A stretch of 64,000 nt of DNA, from the NCBI GenBank assembly GCA_965112155.1, contig OZ218106.1; one strand, 5' to 3'. Positions within the stretch are counted from its first letter, which is position 1. Each line of letters begins with the position of its first letter. The position numbers were made by a program, and so were the translations under genes. Of the stretch, positions 35,148 through 48,470 are shown piece after piece. The notes beneath the pieces were generated by a model. The model did no database searches. It saw only the letters and a list, made by a program, of their open reading frames with translations, and had not been told where the DNA came from. The stretch comes from Podarcis liolepis. Taxonomy: Eukaryota.

Positions 35148-35534
35148 TTTTTTTATATATATATAATATTTTATTAGGTTTTAACAATAAAAGGTTTAGA
35201 AAAATAGTAAAAACAAAAAAGATACAAAGTTATAAAGTACAAAGATACAGACATTAAACACAAAAAAGAAATAGAAAAAGACATATATTAAAAAAAGACA
35301 AAAGTTCCCTCTTTCTTAAATTCTCCTCTTTAGTTAACTTATTTTCTTGACTTCCTCATGTCTCCCACTTTTGTATCCCTTTTAAAAGTTAATTCAGCAA
35401 ATTCATGTCCTATTATTCTATCTATTATTAATCCAATCTTATATTTTACCTTGTTGCTAGAACCCCTGCAATTCATTTCAATGTCCTCAACATTCAAAAA
35501 TTTTACAATATTTCTGCAAATAAGTTTTAAATTT
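35148..35534 (-). mobile_element. 5'-truncated L1-type LINE (ORF2 end, 3' UTR, A-rich tail)
   Basis: Perfect 17-bp TSD GACATTATCCTGATTTC (35131-35147, 35535-35551); T/TA-rich tail at left. Confidence 0.8.
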
Positions 35535-35733
35535 GACATTATCCTGATTTCCCCCCATTTTTCACATGAATGAAAACTTCACCATCTCTGTCACATATCT
35601 CCTTCAGCCACCCTACCCATTGTCTCTTTCCACAGTTCCTCTGCAAACTCATATCAGTTTTAGAAGTTAGCTGTCATAACAACTTCTTCCAAATAATCCT
35701 AGGGGGGTATTCAGCTGAGTTTTACTCAAATTA

Positions 35734-36050
35734 CCGTATTTTTTGCTCTATAAGACTCACTTTTTCCCTCCTAAAAAGTAAGGGGAAATGTGCGTGCATC
35801 TTATGGAGCGAATGCAGGCTGCGCAGTGATCCCTCTTGCTGTTCTGGCTTCTGGGATAGCCGCGCAAAGCCTCTTCAGGGCAGCAGGAGGAACGCTCCCC
35901 CTGCCCTGAAGAGGCTTCCCGCTGCTATCCCAGAAGACAGAACAGCAAGAGGGATCGCTGCGCAGAATCCCCCCCCCCCGTTTTCCTCCTCCAAAAACTA
36001 TGGTAGGTGCGTCTTATAGTCTGGTGCGTCTTATGGAGTGAAAAATACGG
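35734..36050. mobile_element. Family B MITE with long internal hairpin, nested in a short palindromic repeat
   Basis: TIR CCGTATTTTTTGCTCTATAAGAC...GTCTTATGGAGTGAAAAATACGG. The host repeat is split (35705-35733 and 36051-36125); intact relatives lie at ~9995-10105 and ~18180-18265. Confidence 0.85.
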
Positions 36051-36496
36051 TGAACCCATTGAAAGGTAACACGACTAAGTTAGGGCCATTAGTTTCACTG
36101 GGTCTACTCTGAGTGGGACTTAGAACTATAGTTTGCCAAAGTGGTAAGCTTTTCCAGAGATCCTTCATCTCACCTGACAGTTCCCTAGGTTTCCTGGGAA
36201 GAGGGAATGATGTTTAATCAGCTTTATAGAGTGGATAATTGTCTTATGGCTCTCTTATTCCATGGATCCTTTCCCCTCTACACACTCGAAATTGATTTAT
36301 CTGTGACTAGAGGAGCACTTCCCTATGTCTGGATCTCATGATGCGCAAATAATGTTCATACCACATGAGTCAGGCAAATGATACGACTCCTTTGGCATCC
36401 ATGATTAATCCTCTAAGGCAGAGAGGCCTTAGCACCAACATTTTATCTGTTTAAGGCTACAGTCCTATGCTCATTTACTTGGGCCTAAGTAGAGCT

Positions 36497-36965
36497 TGCC
36501 AACAAAGGTCCATATAGTTAAAGCCATGGTTTTCCCAATAGTGATGTATGGAAGTGAGAGCTGGACCATAAAGAAGGCTGATCGCCGAAGAATTGGTGCT
36601 TTTGAATTATGGTGCTGGAGGAAACTCTTGAGAGTCCCATGGACTGCAAGAAGATCAAACGTATCCATTCTTAAGGAAATCAGCCCTGAGTGCTCACTGG
36701 AAGGACAGATCGTGAAGCTGAGGCTCCAATACTTTGGCCACCTCATGAGAAGAGAAGACTCCCTGGAAAAAAAACCTGATGTTGGGAAAGATGGAGGGCA
36801 CAAGGAGAAGGGGACGACAGAGGACAAGATGGCTGGACAGTGTTCTCGAAGCTACCAGCATGAGTTTGACCAAACTGGGGGAGGCAGTGGAAGACAGGAG
36901 TGCCTGGTGTGCTCTGGTCCATGGGGTCACGAAGAGTCGGACATGACTAAACGACTAAACAACAA
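36497..36965 (+). mobile_element. BovB (RTE clade) LINE 3' end
   Basis: KVHIVKAMVFPIVMYGSESWTIKKADRRRI.AFELWCWR...LQYFGHLMRREDSLEK, (CAA)n tail, 10-bp TSD AAGTAGAGCT (36487-36496, 36966-36975). One frameshift in the A-run at ~36770. Confidence 0.95.
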
Positions 36966-37091
36966 AAGTAGAGCTGGCTCCAGATTTTGGGGGGCACCAG
37001 GGCATTGGGCAAGATGTTCCTCCTTGGGTTGGCCTATTGCCTATTCTTCAGGGCTCAGTCTACAAAACTGCCCACAGGGAATGCTTCATTG

Positions 37092-37455
37092 AACCATAGA
37101 GTTGAAAGACCTCAAATAACATCCAGTTCACGCCCTGCCAATTCAGGGAATAGACTACTACAGCAACCCTGATAGGTGGCCACCCAGCCTCTGCTTAAAA
37201 ACCTGCAATGAAGAAGAGCCCACCCCAGGAGCAGAAAGAGACCAGGAGCCTGCTTAACAGAAGGAGCAGGTGGGCTTAGCACATATCACCATCTAAAGAG
37301 GTAGTCCCCATAAGACCATTAGGTCCAGAGGCTAAAACTGCCTAGCTGTCAACACTGAGTCCACCACCTTTTGAGACAATCTGTTCCACAGTTGAATAGT
37401 TTATACTATCAGGATGTTCTTCCTAAAGTTTTCTCTACATCCTTTTTCTTGTAAT
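37092..37455 (-). mobile_element. CR1 3' fragment, interrupted
   Basis: catagagttgaaagacc...gatag gtggccacccagcctctgcttaaaaacc...ctgttccacagttgaatag...atcaggatgttcttcctaa. Confidence 0.65.
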
Positions 37456-37494
37456 TTGGGTGCTGCAGTGGGGTTTTGTTGTTTATGATGATGA

Positions 37495-37675
37495 TGACGC
37501 TCTGGCTTCCATCATGGTGTTCAGAAGTGGTTTAGTCATGCTGGTCACATGACCTGGAAAGCTGTCAGCGGACAAACGTCGGCTCCCTCGGCCTGAAGGG
37601 AGATGAGCATTGTACCCCATAGTTGCCTTTGACTGGACTTAACCATCCAGGAGTCATTTATCTTTACCTTACCTA
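37495..37675 (+). mobile_element. Sauria SINE 3' half, older subfamily
   Basis: ttagtcatgctggtcacatgacctggaa...ggctccctcggcc...tttaccttacct. Confidence 0.75.
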
Positions 37676-38172
37676 TTGGTACAATAATGATGGATTAGTA
37701 GTGTGTTAGGACTGGACTGTCCACACATCATTACACTGTATGGCTCTGTGATGCTTCCCCAATGCCACTCCATTACTGCAATCTGGAGGGGCACTCTTGC
37801 ATTTCAAAATGAACCAGAGCATTTGTTGTATAAGTAGTTACAGGAGCACAGCAGCAAGATACAAGACATCCACTGACTGGAAACAAGGCATTCTCTGGCC
37901 CAAAACATTTGCAGGTGCAAACAGTATTGAAAGCATATAACCATTCTGATACCATCATGAGTACAAATGATCACAAATGACATTCCCATTCAAACTGGGG
38001 GAACTTGCTTCAGAATAAATATATTTTACAGTTTTTCCAAAGTTCCCTCATACTGTATTTTTCTACTAAAAATATTTGGCACTTTAAAATGTTTGGGATT
38101 GGCTGTACATATGATTCTTTGCCCTATCACAACCCATTATGGATCAAGGAGGATTGAAATGTACATGCATTT

Positions 38173-38250
38173 TAGTAGTAGTAGTAGTAGTAGCAGCAGC
38201 AGCAGCAGCAGCCAGAGCAGTATTAGTAATAGCAGCAGCAATAGCAGCAA
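38173..38250. repeat. Compound (TAG)n/(CAG)n microsatellite
   Basis: Read directly from the sequence. Confidence 0.9.
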
Positions 38251-38384
38251 CAAAGTGCCAAATATAACTGAGGACTTTAATAAAATGACAAAGCCATCAA
38301 GGTAAGTGTCCCAATCAATTTTCAAATATAATGTAACCAGCAGTTTCGGCTCAAGACCTCAGTAATGGAAGGAGAGTTCTGGTG

Positions 38385-38830
38385 CATGAGCTTCGGGTCA
38401 AGATGGCGGCAGGCCAGGCAGTCAGCTCCAGAGCTCCACAAATTTTAGCTGAGTTTTAATTGATTTTATCTCATTTTAACTCGTTTTAGACCAAGTATTT
38501 TATTTTTCTTAATCACCAACTGTTTCTTTTTAACCTGGAGCTCGAGAACAGAAGAATGTTGAGCTGTGAGGCAAGCAGTAATTAACAAACCTGGAGCTGG
38601 AGCTTATCTGCACTGTCAGCACCCCACTTTTTAAGTGAAAAGTGTGGAAGTCGGCTGAATTTGATACTCTAACTACTGAGATTTTAACTCAGCCTGAATC
38701 TAAAATGCCACCCAGAAGCAAGAAAAGAATCTGGACCAGCCCCAGTAATGATACCGGGGCTCATAAATCCAGTAAAGCGGGGAAACAGATGGGGATGGAC
38801 TCTCTGGTGCACGAATTCTCTTCCTTAACT
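38385..38830 (+). mobile_element. Probable L1-type LINE 5' UTR and start of ORF1
   Basis: cttcgggtcaagatggcggc (YY1-like motif typical of L1 5' ends) followed by a basic MPPRSKKR... ORF start. Confidence 0.45.
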
Positions 38831-39561
38831 TAGAAAAATAGTCATCCAAGGTTACAGTGAAGGGGGTAACTGAAGAAGAAGCAGGCAAAAACTCATATGG
38901 AAGCTGCTTTTGTCTATTTGCCAGGTCTAAAATCCAGACCAGAGCAATTAGTCTGACGTAAAAAACAAGGCAACCAGAAAAGGCATCCATTTATGGACAG
39001 CTGTTCAGAGGCTGTTGTACTCAGGCCCTACCATGGGTATCTGGTTGGATACTGAGAAAAGAAGTTGCAGTGCTAGATGGGCCTTTGGCCTGATCCTGCA
39101 GTGTTATTCTTCTTTTCTGAAATGTTCTGTGCATTTTTAACACCAGAAACCATTAAAAAAAATAAAAAATAAGCTTGATCTATTCAGTGCATGAAGTGCA
39201 GCAGCGTTTGCTAAAAGCTGCCTTCACGTCTGTCACTATCCCTGTGAAAAGTGCTGATCTTTCAGATGAATCTTAAAAAGCAATTGATGTGTTATGCAGA
39301 GCCATTTCCTGGCTGGCTATGCTGACGCATCAGAACATGAGTTATAGAGACATTCTGTTAAGGAAGGAAGAATGTGATGGTTGCCCAGTTAATTTGTTAA
39401 ATGACTGTAAGGACTGGAAAACAAAAATAATTGTCCTGGTTAATGGAAGATCTGTTGTAATTGTTGCAAGCATTTGTAAAATGAAGAGTGGAGAGAGGAG
39501 CTGGAGTAGCCTGCTGGAATCCTGCAGCCCTGTGCATTTGCATCTGTGTACCTTGAGTTAC

Positions 39562-39920
39562 AGGACACGGGTGGCGCTGTGGGTTAAACCACAGAGCCTA
39601 GGACTTGCCGATCAGAAGGTCGGTGGTTCGAATCCCCGCGACGGGGTGAGCTCCCATTGCTCGGTCCCTGCTCCTGCCAACCTAGCAGTTCAAAAGCACG
39701 TCAAAGTGCAAGTAGATAAATAGGTACCGCTCTGGCGGGAAGGCAAACGGTGTTTCCGTGCGCTGCTCTGGCTCACCAGAAGCGGCTTAGTCATGCCGGC
39801 CACATGACCCAGAAGCTGTACACCAGCTCCCTCGGCCAATAAAGCGAGATGAGCGCCGCAACCCCAGAGTCGGCCACGACTGGACCTAATGGTCAGGGGT
39901 CCCTTTACCTTTACCTTTTT
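39562..39920 (+). mobile_element. Sauria SINE, full length
   Basis: Head ggacacgggtggcgctgtgggttaaacc, B-box, (ACCTTT)n tail, TSD TACCTTGAG(T/C)TAC. Confidence 0.93.
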
Positions 39921-40159
39921 TACCTTGAGCTACCAAGTGAAGGATGACCTTTCATTCTGGAGCAGGAGGTCCCAGTGCTTAGATGTCCAGGGACTGGGAA
40001 TCCCTGCTCTAGAATCTGTTTATTTATTGCTGTGGAAAAACACTCATGATGGTTAGGCAAATTCATGGAGGATGACCATGGTTGCTAGCCTGTGTTTTGC
40101 CTCCACTGTTGGAATATATCACAAGCTGAGAGAGCATGGTTGCTGCATTCAAGTCACAG

Positions 40160-40650
40160 GAAGAAAAGAGCTTGCTGGATCATGCCAGTGGTCCATTTGA
40201 GTCCAGCATCCTGTCTTACAGTGACCAACCAGATGCCTGGTGGAAACTTGCAAGCAGGACCCAGGCACAAGAGCCCTCTCACCTACTGCATTTTCCAGCA
40301 ACTGGTTTTCAGAAGCATGCTCCCTCCAACAGCAGAGGTGGAGGTTAGTAGTCATTTGCATCCATATCCTCCATGAATTTGCCTAATCTTCTAAAGCCAT
40401 GGCTACCACTGCTTCTCAGGGGAGAAAACTCCATAGTTTAACTGTGTGAATAGGTACTTCCTTTCATCCTCCAACATTTAGATTCATTGGATGTTCCCAA
40501 GCTCTTGTGTAAGGCAAGAGGGACAAAAACTTTTCTCTATCCACTCTAGCCATGTATAATTTTGCACACTTCTGTCACGTTGCCTCTTACTCACCTTTTC
40601 CTCTAAACTCAAAAGCCCCAAATGCTGTAACATTTCCTCATAAGGGAGTT
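40160..40650 (-). mobile_element. CR1-type LINE 3' fragment
   Basis: Reverse complement of the 16630 and 30480 family (agagcttgctggatca...tcctccatgaatttgcctaat...ttcattggatgttccc). Confidence 0.7.
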
Positions 40651-41315
40651 TCTCAAGAATTCTGGTTGCTCTTTTCTTTTCAGGTTCGTAGCCATATGTT
40701 TCTGGTTGTGCACTGTGAGAGCAGACTGCTGGACTAGATGGCCCTTTGGTCTGATCCAGCAGGGCTCCTATGTTCTTATTTAGAGATTTGTGCCATCAAT
40801 GTAAAACTGGTCAGGGCTGAAGAACTGATGCTGAACCCTTTGAAGTGCCTCTTGCCTTTTCGCTGACGCTTCACGATAGATGTTGACTGAATTTCATGGG
40901 CTATTGCAAATTCTCCACTTCTCATTAGCTTTATCTGAGATCCGGTTCACATAACCCTTTGCACTTCTTGGCATGGGAGCTGATCCGTGCTACTGCTGCA
41001 TTGCAGTGGACACTCGTTGAAGTGGTTGACTAATTGCTTCACCACATGGCCAGGTGGCCCATCAGCTTCTGATGAGCTGAGGGTAAAAATACATACCTCA
41101 TCACAAGCTGTCCACCCGCACCTTAGAACTAAGGGGGAGGGGATCGTGGCCTTGGGTTACTTTGAAATGTTAAAGGGGAAGGGGGAGAACAGGGTGGAAA
41201 ATGTCTGCTTTTTGATTTAAAAGACCTGTTCACACATATACCCAAGCACACCCACACCAGAAAGTCCAGATGAACTGTATTAAGTGGAGGGGGGGGAGAG
41301 TTTCACTGCAGTATA

Positions 41316-41648
41316 AAAAGGTAAAGGGACCCCTGACCATTAGGTCCAGCAGCGCTCATCTCATTTTATTGGCTGAGGGAGCCGGCGTACAGCTTCTGGG
41401 TCATGTGGCCAGCATGACTAAGCCACTTCTGGGGAACCAGAGCAGTGCATGGAAACGCCGTTTACCTTCCCGCCGGAGCAGTACCTATTTATCTACTTGC
41501 ACTTTGACGTGCTTTTGAACTGCTAGGTTGGCAGGAGCAGGGACCGAGCAACGGGAGCTCACCCCGTTGCGGGGAATCGAACCGCAGACCTTCTGATCGG
41601 CAAGTCCTAGGCTCTGTGGTTTAACCCACAGTGCCATCCCTGTCCCTT
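41316..41648 (-). mobile_element. Sauria SINE with small internal deletion
   Basis: aaaggtaaagggacccctgaccattagg...ggtttaacccacagtgccatccctgtccc. Confidence 0.92.
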
Positions 41649-43570
41649 CATTCCAGCATACCATGATCCTAATGATAAATCCATTTGCCAGGGAGCAGGG
41701 GACTAAGAAGCAGGTCTGAGATACAGAATTCACCATATTAGCCAAGTTTTCATTCCTGGATTTGTACAGGATGCAGGTCCTTTACTGTCCAGCTTTGAGT
41801 GGCTGGCAGCTCTATCTTCTTCTAGTCTAGAAGATTCTTACTTTAATTCAGGGATGGGGAATCCCCTCCCGTATGTTGGACTCATCATTCACAGATAGGG
41901 ATGGTGAGAATTACATCTGAAGGCCCAAAGGCTCCTTACACCTATTTTAATTCTTTCTGTAGAAAGGAGGTGGGATAATAGGATAATGAAATCACATCAC
42001 CAAGGCTTCAATTACTAATTATGAAAAGGGAATCCTTGGTTTTTCTTTGTTTTATTATTCTTTATAACTTGGACAATTTATATACCACCTTTATTTAAAC
42101 CACTCTCTAAGTGGTTTATAGCACAGGTTAAGACATAGTAAATGAAACAAACAGATGCAAAAAAGCCCAGAAAACTTTCATATTCTGTATAGCACAATTA
42201 ACCACTAAATAACTTAGCTTCTTTAGCATCAAAATAAAAATGCACATAATGCTACAAAAATACATAGAAAATTTCCCATTGAAAAATACAATAAGCAACT
42301 AGATATAATATTATCTAAACATCATTACAAGTGATAATCTACAAATTCCACATTTTAAAATAACTGGATAAAATAACTGGATAAAATAAAACCCAAGCAT
42401 CATATGCCCAATCATTCATAACAATTAGACAAGTGAATCCAATTAAATTCTCAACCCCCTTTACAGCAATAAAAGCAATTTGATCTAATTATGGTTAAAA
42501 ATGCATTTTGTGCAGTTCTGCTCAAGTACACACTCACATCATGTAAACATGTAAACTCTCTAAACCATTATACTCAAACTTACTGTTCTAACACACCATC
42601 AAACCACTCCCATACTTTAATCTTACATTCTCAATCAACAGCCCACTCACATAGCTACACCGTGAAACCTGGATAAATCTGGACAAATACTGACTCACTT
42701 GCCAGCAGGGGTTTCTATCCCCAGTAGCCTGTTGGATTAAAAAACAAAAACCACTTTCTCCAACCTTCTAGATAGGCCAGGCAATAACACTTCACCTATC
42801 CTCACCTAAAAAAAGGCTACTATAAAAAATAGTGCCTTGTACAAATACCACTAATTTTGCCTGTCTCTCGCCCAAGGGGCTAAAAGCTTTCCTGTGGGCA
42901 TGTGTGCTTAGGACTGCTGAGAGTTGATGGGGCAGTGGGGGGGGGGGAGAGAGATTGAGAGAGAAATATGCCAGCAATTCCAGGAGGTCTCAAGTGAAAG
43001 TTCAGTGACCTTAATTGGCTTGCTAATGGTCTTTTGCTCTGCTGCTTCTAAATCAGTCTCCTGCATTCGGTTGCTTTCAAATTTTCTTCACAGTGTAAGA
43101 GATGAGCTGTTCTTTCGTGGAAGATTAATTCCCAAGGAAACAGGAGGCACAGTTACCTAACCAACGACCAAACAGGGCTCTTGCAAAAAGAAAAGAAAAG
43201 AAAAAACAACTGGATAATTTAACAACAATACATTTAAAAACAAAAAAATGATACTGATGGATGGTGACCCAGACCATACCATAACTGCATTTTGTTGTTT
43301 GTAATTAACCAAAGACGATCTGGCAGTTCATGGGGCTTGTAGTGCATGCAATAGATCTTGATCCTAGCCAGCATCTTGGGCTCGTCCACATGATGTTATA
43401 TACTAGCTGGACTGGCAGAACACTGCATGGAAGAACTAGGGAGTGTTTTGCTATGTTTGAATAGGTGACTCCTGAGAAGGTAAATGCAACCTGGTTTTTA
43501 TAAGCAGCAAGAGACTAATTTCTAAGACTTCCATGGCCTCAGGACAAAACAGGAATTTTCTGTTATGTAT

Positions 43571-43995
43571 GGAGAAGGGCTGTAACTCAGTGGCAGAGAC
43601 TTCCATGCAATCCTCCAAGTAGCACTGGGAATGTCCCCTACTTTAAAACCATGGAGAACTACTGCTGGCCAGCGTAGACAATACAGTGGTACCTCAGGTT
43701 ACAGACGCTTCAGGTTACAGACTCCGCTAACCCAGAAATAGTACCTTGGGTTAAGAACTTTGCTTCAGGATGAGAACAGAAATTGCACAGCGGTGGCAGC
43801 AGAAGGCCCCATTAGCTAAAGTGGTGCTTCAGATTAAGAACAGTTTCAGGTTAAGAAGGGACCTCCAGAACAAATTAAGTTCTTAACCCGAGGTACCACT
43901 GTACTGAGCTAGATGACCCATCTTATATTCTTAGGCTCTTATCCTTCCTTTTGCGAGCTTATATTCAGTATAAGGCAGCTTCCTGTATTCTTATG
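43571..43995 (+). mobile_element. tRNA-derived SINE (Squam2-like) hosting a MITE
   Basis: ggagaagggctgtaactcagtggcagag head; ...gtagacaaTA[MITE]TActgagctagatg...cagtataaggcagcttcct tail. Confidence 0.7.
43684..43901. mobile_element. Family A MITE
   Basis: TIRs CAGTGGTACCTC...GAGGTACCACTG with TA TSD. Confidence 0.9.
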
Positions 43996-44933
43996 TTCCT
44001 GTGAAAAGACCCAATTTCTTATACTCACCGCTCTAACTGACCTTTGTGGTGTGCATGCAAACTGGGCCCAGCAGGTTCATACAAGAGCAAGTGGTTATAT
44101 AGATATCCTCATCCCAAACTATTTAGGGCAAAAGTGATTAAACACTCTGCCTGGGAGGCTAATCTGCCCGCCGCCAATCTTTTTAACTCCACCAATTTTG
44201 GCAATGGCTTTTCTGTATAATGTGCTCCACCCCCGCCATTTACGTCTTGTTTGGGGGGTTGCCTGCATGGGAGACAAGATTCACAACAATTTTCTAGAGA
44301 AAAACCCCATGAAAGTCCCATGGATTTGCATTTGCTATAAATACAAACTTTATGGGTGGGAGGGATCTCAACTGCTACACTGAAACTCCTGCTGCTGCTG
44401 TTCTCAGTGAAGGTGAGAACAGATGTGCCTTACACCAGAGATGGTGTTATCCTCTCCCTGGCATCGTGATGCAGACTTCCCCGTTCAAGAAATGCATGCG
44501 CAGAATTGCGCACTCCCTCCACTAAAGCAAGTGGGCACTCTTGTACTTGCAGTGATAGTAAAGATGGAAACGACAGCCAAGTGGGTAGTTAATTTTATTT
44601 ATTCACTTATCTGAGCATTTACAAGTGGGTAACTTGTTTTTAAAATGCCACGGTGGTGAACAAATAATAATAATGAAAACATCACAGCATCATATAGTTC
44701 AGAACAAATGACCAATATGACGAAGATCTTCTATAGCAGGGCTTAAACCTCAGCATATGAATCTGTGCAGTGCTTTAGGCTTAAAGCCACATTGGAAAGT
44801 CAACTGGCTATTAAGAATCCTCCCTTCTAAAAAGTCACATCTTCCAGAATATAGTTGTGGGATCACTGTCATTCAGCTGAGAGATGTAATGGTGCCCTTG
44901 CTTATTGATAGTGGCTAGTGCTGGGAATGGGTT

Positions 44934-45262
44934 AAAAGGTAAAGGGACCCCTGACCATTAGGTCCAGTCGTGACCGACTCTGGGCTTGCGGCACTCATCT
45001 CGCTTTATTGGCCAAGGGAGCCGGCGTACAGCTTCCAGGTCATGTGGCCAGCATGACTAAGCCGCTTCTGGCGAACCAGAGCAGCGCACGGAAACACCGT
45101 TTACCTTCCTGCCAGAGCGGTACCTATTTATCTACTTGCACTTTGACGTGCTTTTGAACTGCTAGGTTGGCAGGAGCAGGGACCGAGCAATGGGAGCTCA
45201 CCCCGTTGCGGGGATTCGAACCGTCGATCTTCTGATCAGCAAGTCCTAGGCTCTGTGGTTTT
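44934..45262 (-). mobile_element. Sauria SINE (extreme 5' end missing), adjacent to a minus-strand Squam3-like SINE (45270-45460)
   Basis: Matches the other Sauria copies closely. Confidence 0.92.
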
Positions 45263-45815
45263 GATCCCATTCTTTCACCCAAGGAGCTAAAGGTGCCTAT
45301 ATTCCTCGCTCACCTCCTCATTTATCCTCTGAAAGAACTTTAAGAGGTAGATTAGGCTGGGAGAAGATTGGTGGTAAACGTTCACCCATGAAACTTTGTG
45401 GCTCAGCAGTGATTTGAAACAAGGCCTCATAATACAATACTCTGATCTAGCCACACTGACTTTCAACAGCCCTTGCATGCCTTTGAGTTCTTTCATAGTA
45501 ATGTGGGATACCTTTAACTACACCTTGAATAAAGGACTAAAGGTCAGCGTGGAGTTGTGTATCTGGTTTTAATCTGTTATCCTCGTCTGGGAAGTGTAGA
45601 TTAGATCGGTCTGTGCTGGTGTCACTAAACAAGATTTTCAACAGCCCTTGTCAGTCATGGAAGGACCGGTCATACCATCAGGAAAAATGAGGCAACTGAC
45701 CCAAGTAGCAGATATGGGGCAGGGAGTGGCACCTCCTTCCTGAGCCCCTGGCCATACCCCATCATTGGCTATCTGAGCTGTATGTGCCACACTGCCTGTC
45801 ATATACCCCCTAAAC

Positions 45816-46055
45816 CATGGGTAGGCAAAGGGGGCCAGATCTGGCCCGATTGCCTTCTCAATCCGGCCCGCAGACGGTCCAGGAATCAGCATGTTTTTAC
45901 ATGAGTAGAATGTGTCCTTTTATTTAAAATGCATCTCTGGGTTATTTGTGGGGCATAAGAATTTGTTCTCCTCCCCCCAAAAAATATAGTCCACCCCCCC
46001 ACAAGGTCTGAGGGACAGTGGACCGGCCCCCTGCTGAAAAGGTTTGCTGACCCTG
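45816..46055. mobile_element. hAT (Charlie-like) MITE
   Basis: Ends CATGGGTAGGCAAA...TTTGCTGACCCTG, subterminal ggccc repeats, TSD CCCTAAAC/CCCAAAAC (7 of 8). Confidence 0.75.
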
Positions 46056-47454
46056 CCCAAAACTACTGGGCTGCTTCAGGTACAGTGGAAGATGCTATCC
46101 CATTGCCAGTGCTGAAATAAGATTCAACTGCCAATCCAGTCAATCCTCAACAAGGAATTGGGTGGAGAGGAAACACTACCATGTCCTTTGCTTCAGGCAG
46201 CAAAAATGTCTCATGCCAACCCTGGCCTAATCCAGCAGGCTCTTCTTATGTTATTATGTTCTCTCCTCTCTTGATCTGGATCCAAACCATTCCTGGGATC
46301 GCGTGGGGGAATGGATGCTACATCAGCTTGCCCTCCACACGAAGTATGGCCATTCAGTAAGCAACATTTTTTTACCTCTTTGGGGGAGTGTTTTTGTCTT
46401 AATTGATGAGGAATGCCAGGTTCAGATCTTCCTTCCTGCCCCTCTCACAAACAAGCTAAGTTTAGGTTGTTGTTTGGAACCATACACTTGTCTGCTAGAC
46501 ACGTACAAGTATAAAGAGATCTGTAACCTTTCCTTAGCGTGGAGGACCCTGAAGTCTAAAGAGGGCTGCTGTTTAATTTAGCAAGCACTGCTTTTCTCAG
46601 CACCCGTCCTGTTCATATATATTGCTTAGTGACATTTGGAAAGATTTGGCCAGTCGTGATTTGGAACCACTTCTTGCTCATTCAGAATCAGTCTTGTGGT
46701 TTGTGAATGATCTGCGCAGAAGGGAAGACATTTGGGTGCCTTGATTTTCATGAGAAGGAATCGTGGGGTATTGAAACTTGGCGCTTGTTCATACTTGTTT
46801 TCGAGGGATCAGAGCCAATTAAAGTTGATTTGATGTTTTATAAGACTAGCAACATCTGCACGGAAGCCATCTGGGAAACAGTTTAGGCAGGGAGATAACC
46901 TATATTGGTATGTTCTGAACTATATTGAGAGCTAGGGTAGGGTAGTCTTTAGAGTCTATTCCACAAACAATTGGATTAAAATCCTCACTTAACTTTGGAG
47001 CTCACTGAGTTGCCATGGACCAATCCCCATCTCTCAGCCTAAGCTGCCTCACAGGGTTGTTATGAGGGTAAAAATGAGTAGGTGAGAGAACTAACCGAAG
47101 GGAAGGTGGGATATAGTTATTGTACAGTAAAGAAATACAGTGGATGGGATCAACTTGCTCATTACTGTCAGTATTTTGGGAGAGATTCGAGCACGTACTG
47201 GAAATTTAGGTTTGCACAATTAAAGTGGATTAAAGTTCTCTGTCACACACACACACAAAAATCACTTTTAAAAACGACTTTTTGCAGGGAAATGCGTTAG
47301 AAAGTGTGGTATGATTAGCAGGAAGACATATGAACACCCCACAAACCAATCAGGGAGAATTCTGATTTCAGTACTCTTTGTACCTGCAGAAGTTTTTGGG
47401 CAAATATACTGTATTCTCCTGTAACTTCCTACTAAAATCATGTAACTTTTCATA

Positions 47455-47770
47455 AAAGTAAAGCGTAAAGGGACCCCTGACTATTAGGTCCAGTCGTGAC
47501 CAACTCTGGGGTTGCGGCGCTCATCTCACTTTATTGGCCGAGGGAGCCGGCGTACAACTTCCGGGTCATGTGGCGAACCAGAGCAGCACACAGAAACGCC
47601 GTTTACCTTCCTGCCAGAGCGGTACCTATTTATCTACTTGCACTTTGACGTGCTTTCGAACAGCTAGGTTGGCAGGAGCAGGGACTGAGCAATGGGAGCT
47701 CACCCCATTGCGGGGATTCAAACCGCCGACCTTCTGATTGGCAAGTCCTAGGCTCCGTGGTTTACCCCAA
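47455..47770 (-). mobile_element. Sauria SINE with internal deletion
   Basis: Matches the other copies but lacks the ccagcatgactaagccgcttctgg segment. Confidence 0.9.
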
Positions 47771-48198
47771 CCATACCACAAATGTTCCGTGTCGGGGGTT
47801 TTGTTTTTACCTGCTTTGGTTGCAGTATAGTGCAATAGCTTTCCTCCAGATGCCAACAATGTTGTAACACTGAGGATGCACTGCAGTACAACTAATAAAG
47901 CAGAATGATGATGTGGAGACCCAAGTCACAAATTAACTATTACTGTCTCACTGACATAACCATAAGTTTGGAGGAGCCCATAAGTTTTGTGCAAACAAAT
48001 CAAGATAAATGCTCAATAAACAATTGTCTGGAGAAGCTCCACAAGGAAGCCATTGCTTAGGTGAATGCAGGATTTATGAGTTGAATGATGGACTTAATAA
48101 ACTTCCAAGAGAAAAGGCGCACTGGAAAGTCCAGAAAAAGAAGTTGGGATGCCCTTTCCAACAACATGCAAGGAAATAATTGGAACAGTTGATCTATC

Positions 48199-48243
48199 AA
48201 TAATAATAATAATAATAATAATGATAATAATAATAATAATAAT
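48199..48243. repeat. (AAT)~15 microsatellite, tail of a minus-strand LINE 3' end
   Basis: Read directly; followed by tttatttataccccgccctccc, a LINE-like 3' terminus. Confidence 0.9.
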
Positions 48244-48356
48244 TTTTATTTATACCCCGCCCTCCCTAGCCAAGACCGGGCTCAGGGCAGCTAACACCCG
48301 ATACAAAAACAAATTGATTGAAATGCAACTTAAAAACAAGATTAAAATACAAAATT

Positions 48357-48470
48357 AAAACATTAAAACATTAAAACATTAAAACATTAAAACATTAAAA
48401 AACATTAAAACATTAAAACATTAAAACATTAAAACATTAAAACATTAAAACATTAAAACATTAAAACATT
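48357..48470. repeat. (AAAACATT)14 octamer tandem repeat
   Basis: 14 near-perfect units; one has two extra As. Confidence 0.95.

Noticed and set aside
48357-48470. CRISPR-like array
   Set aside because: Simple head-to-tail octamer with no spacers, in eukaryotic DNA.
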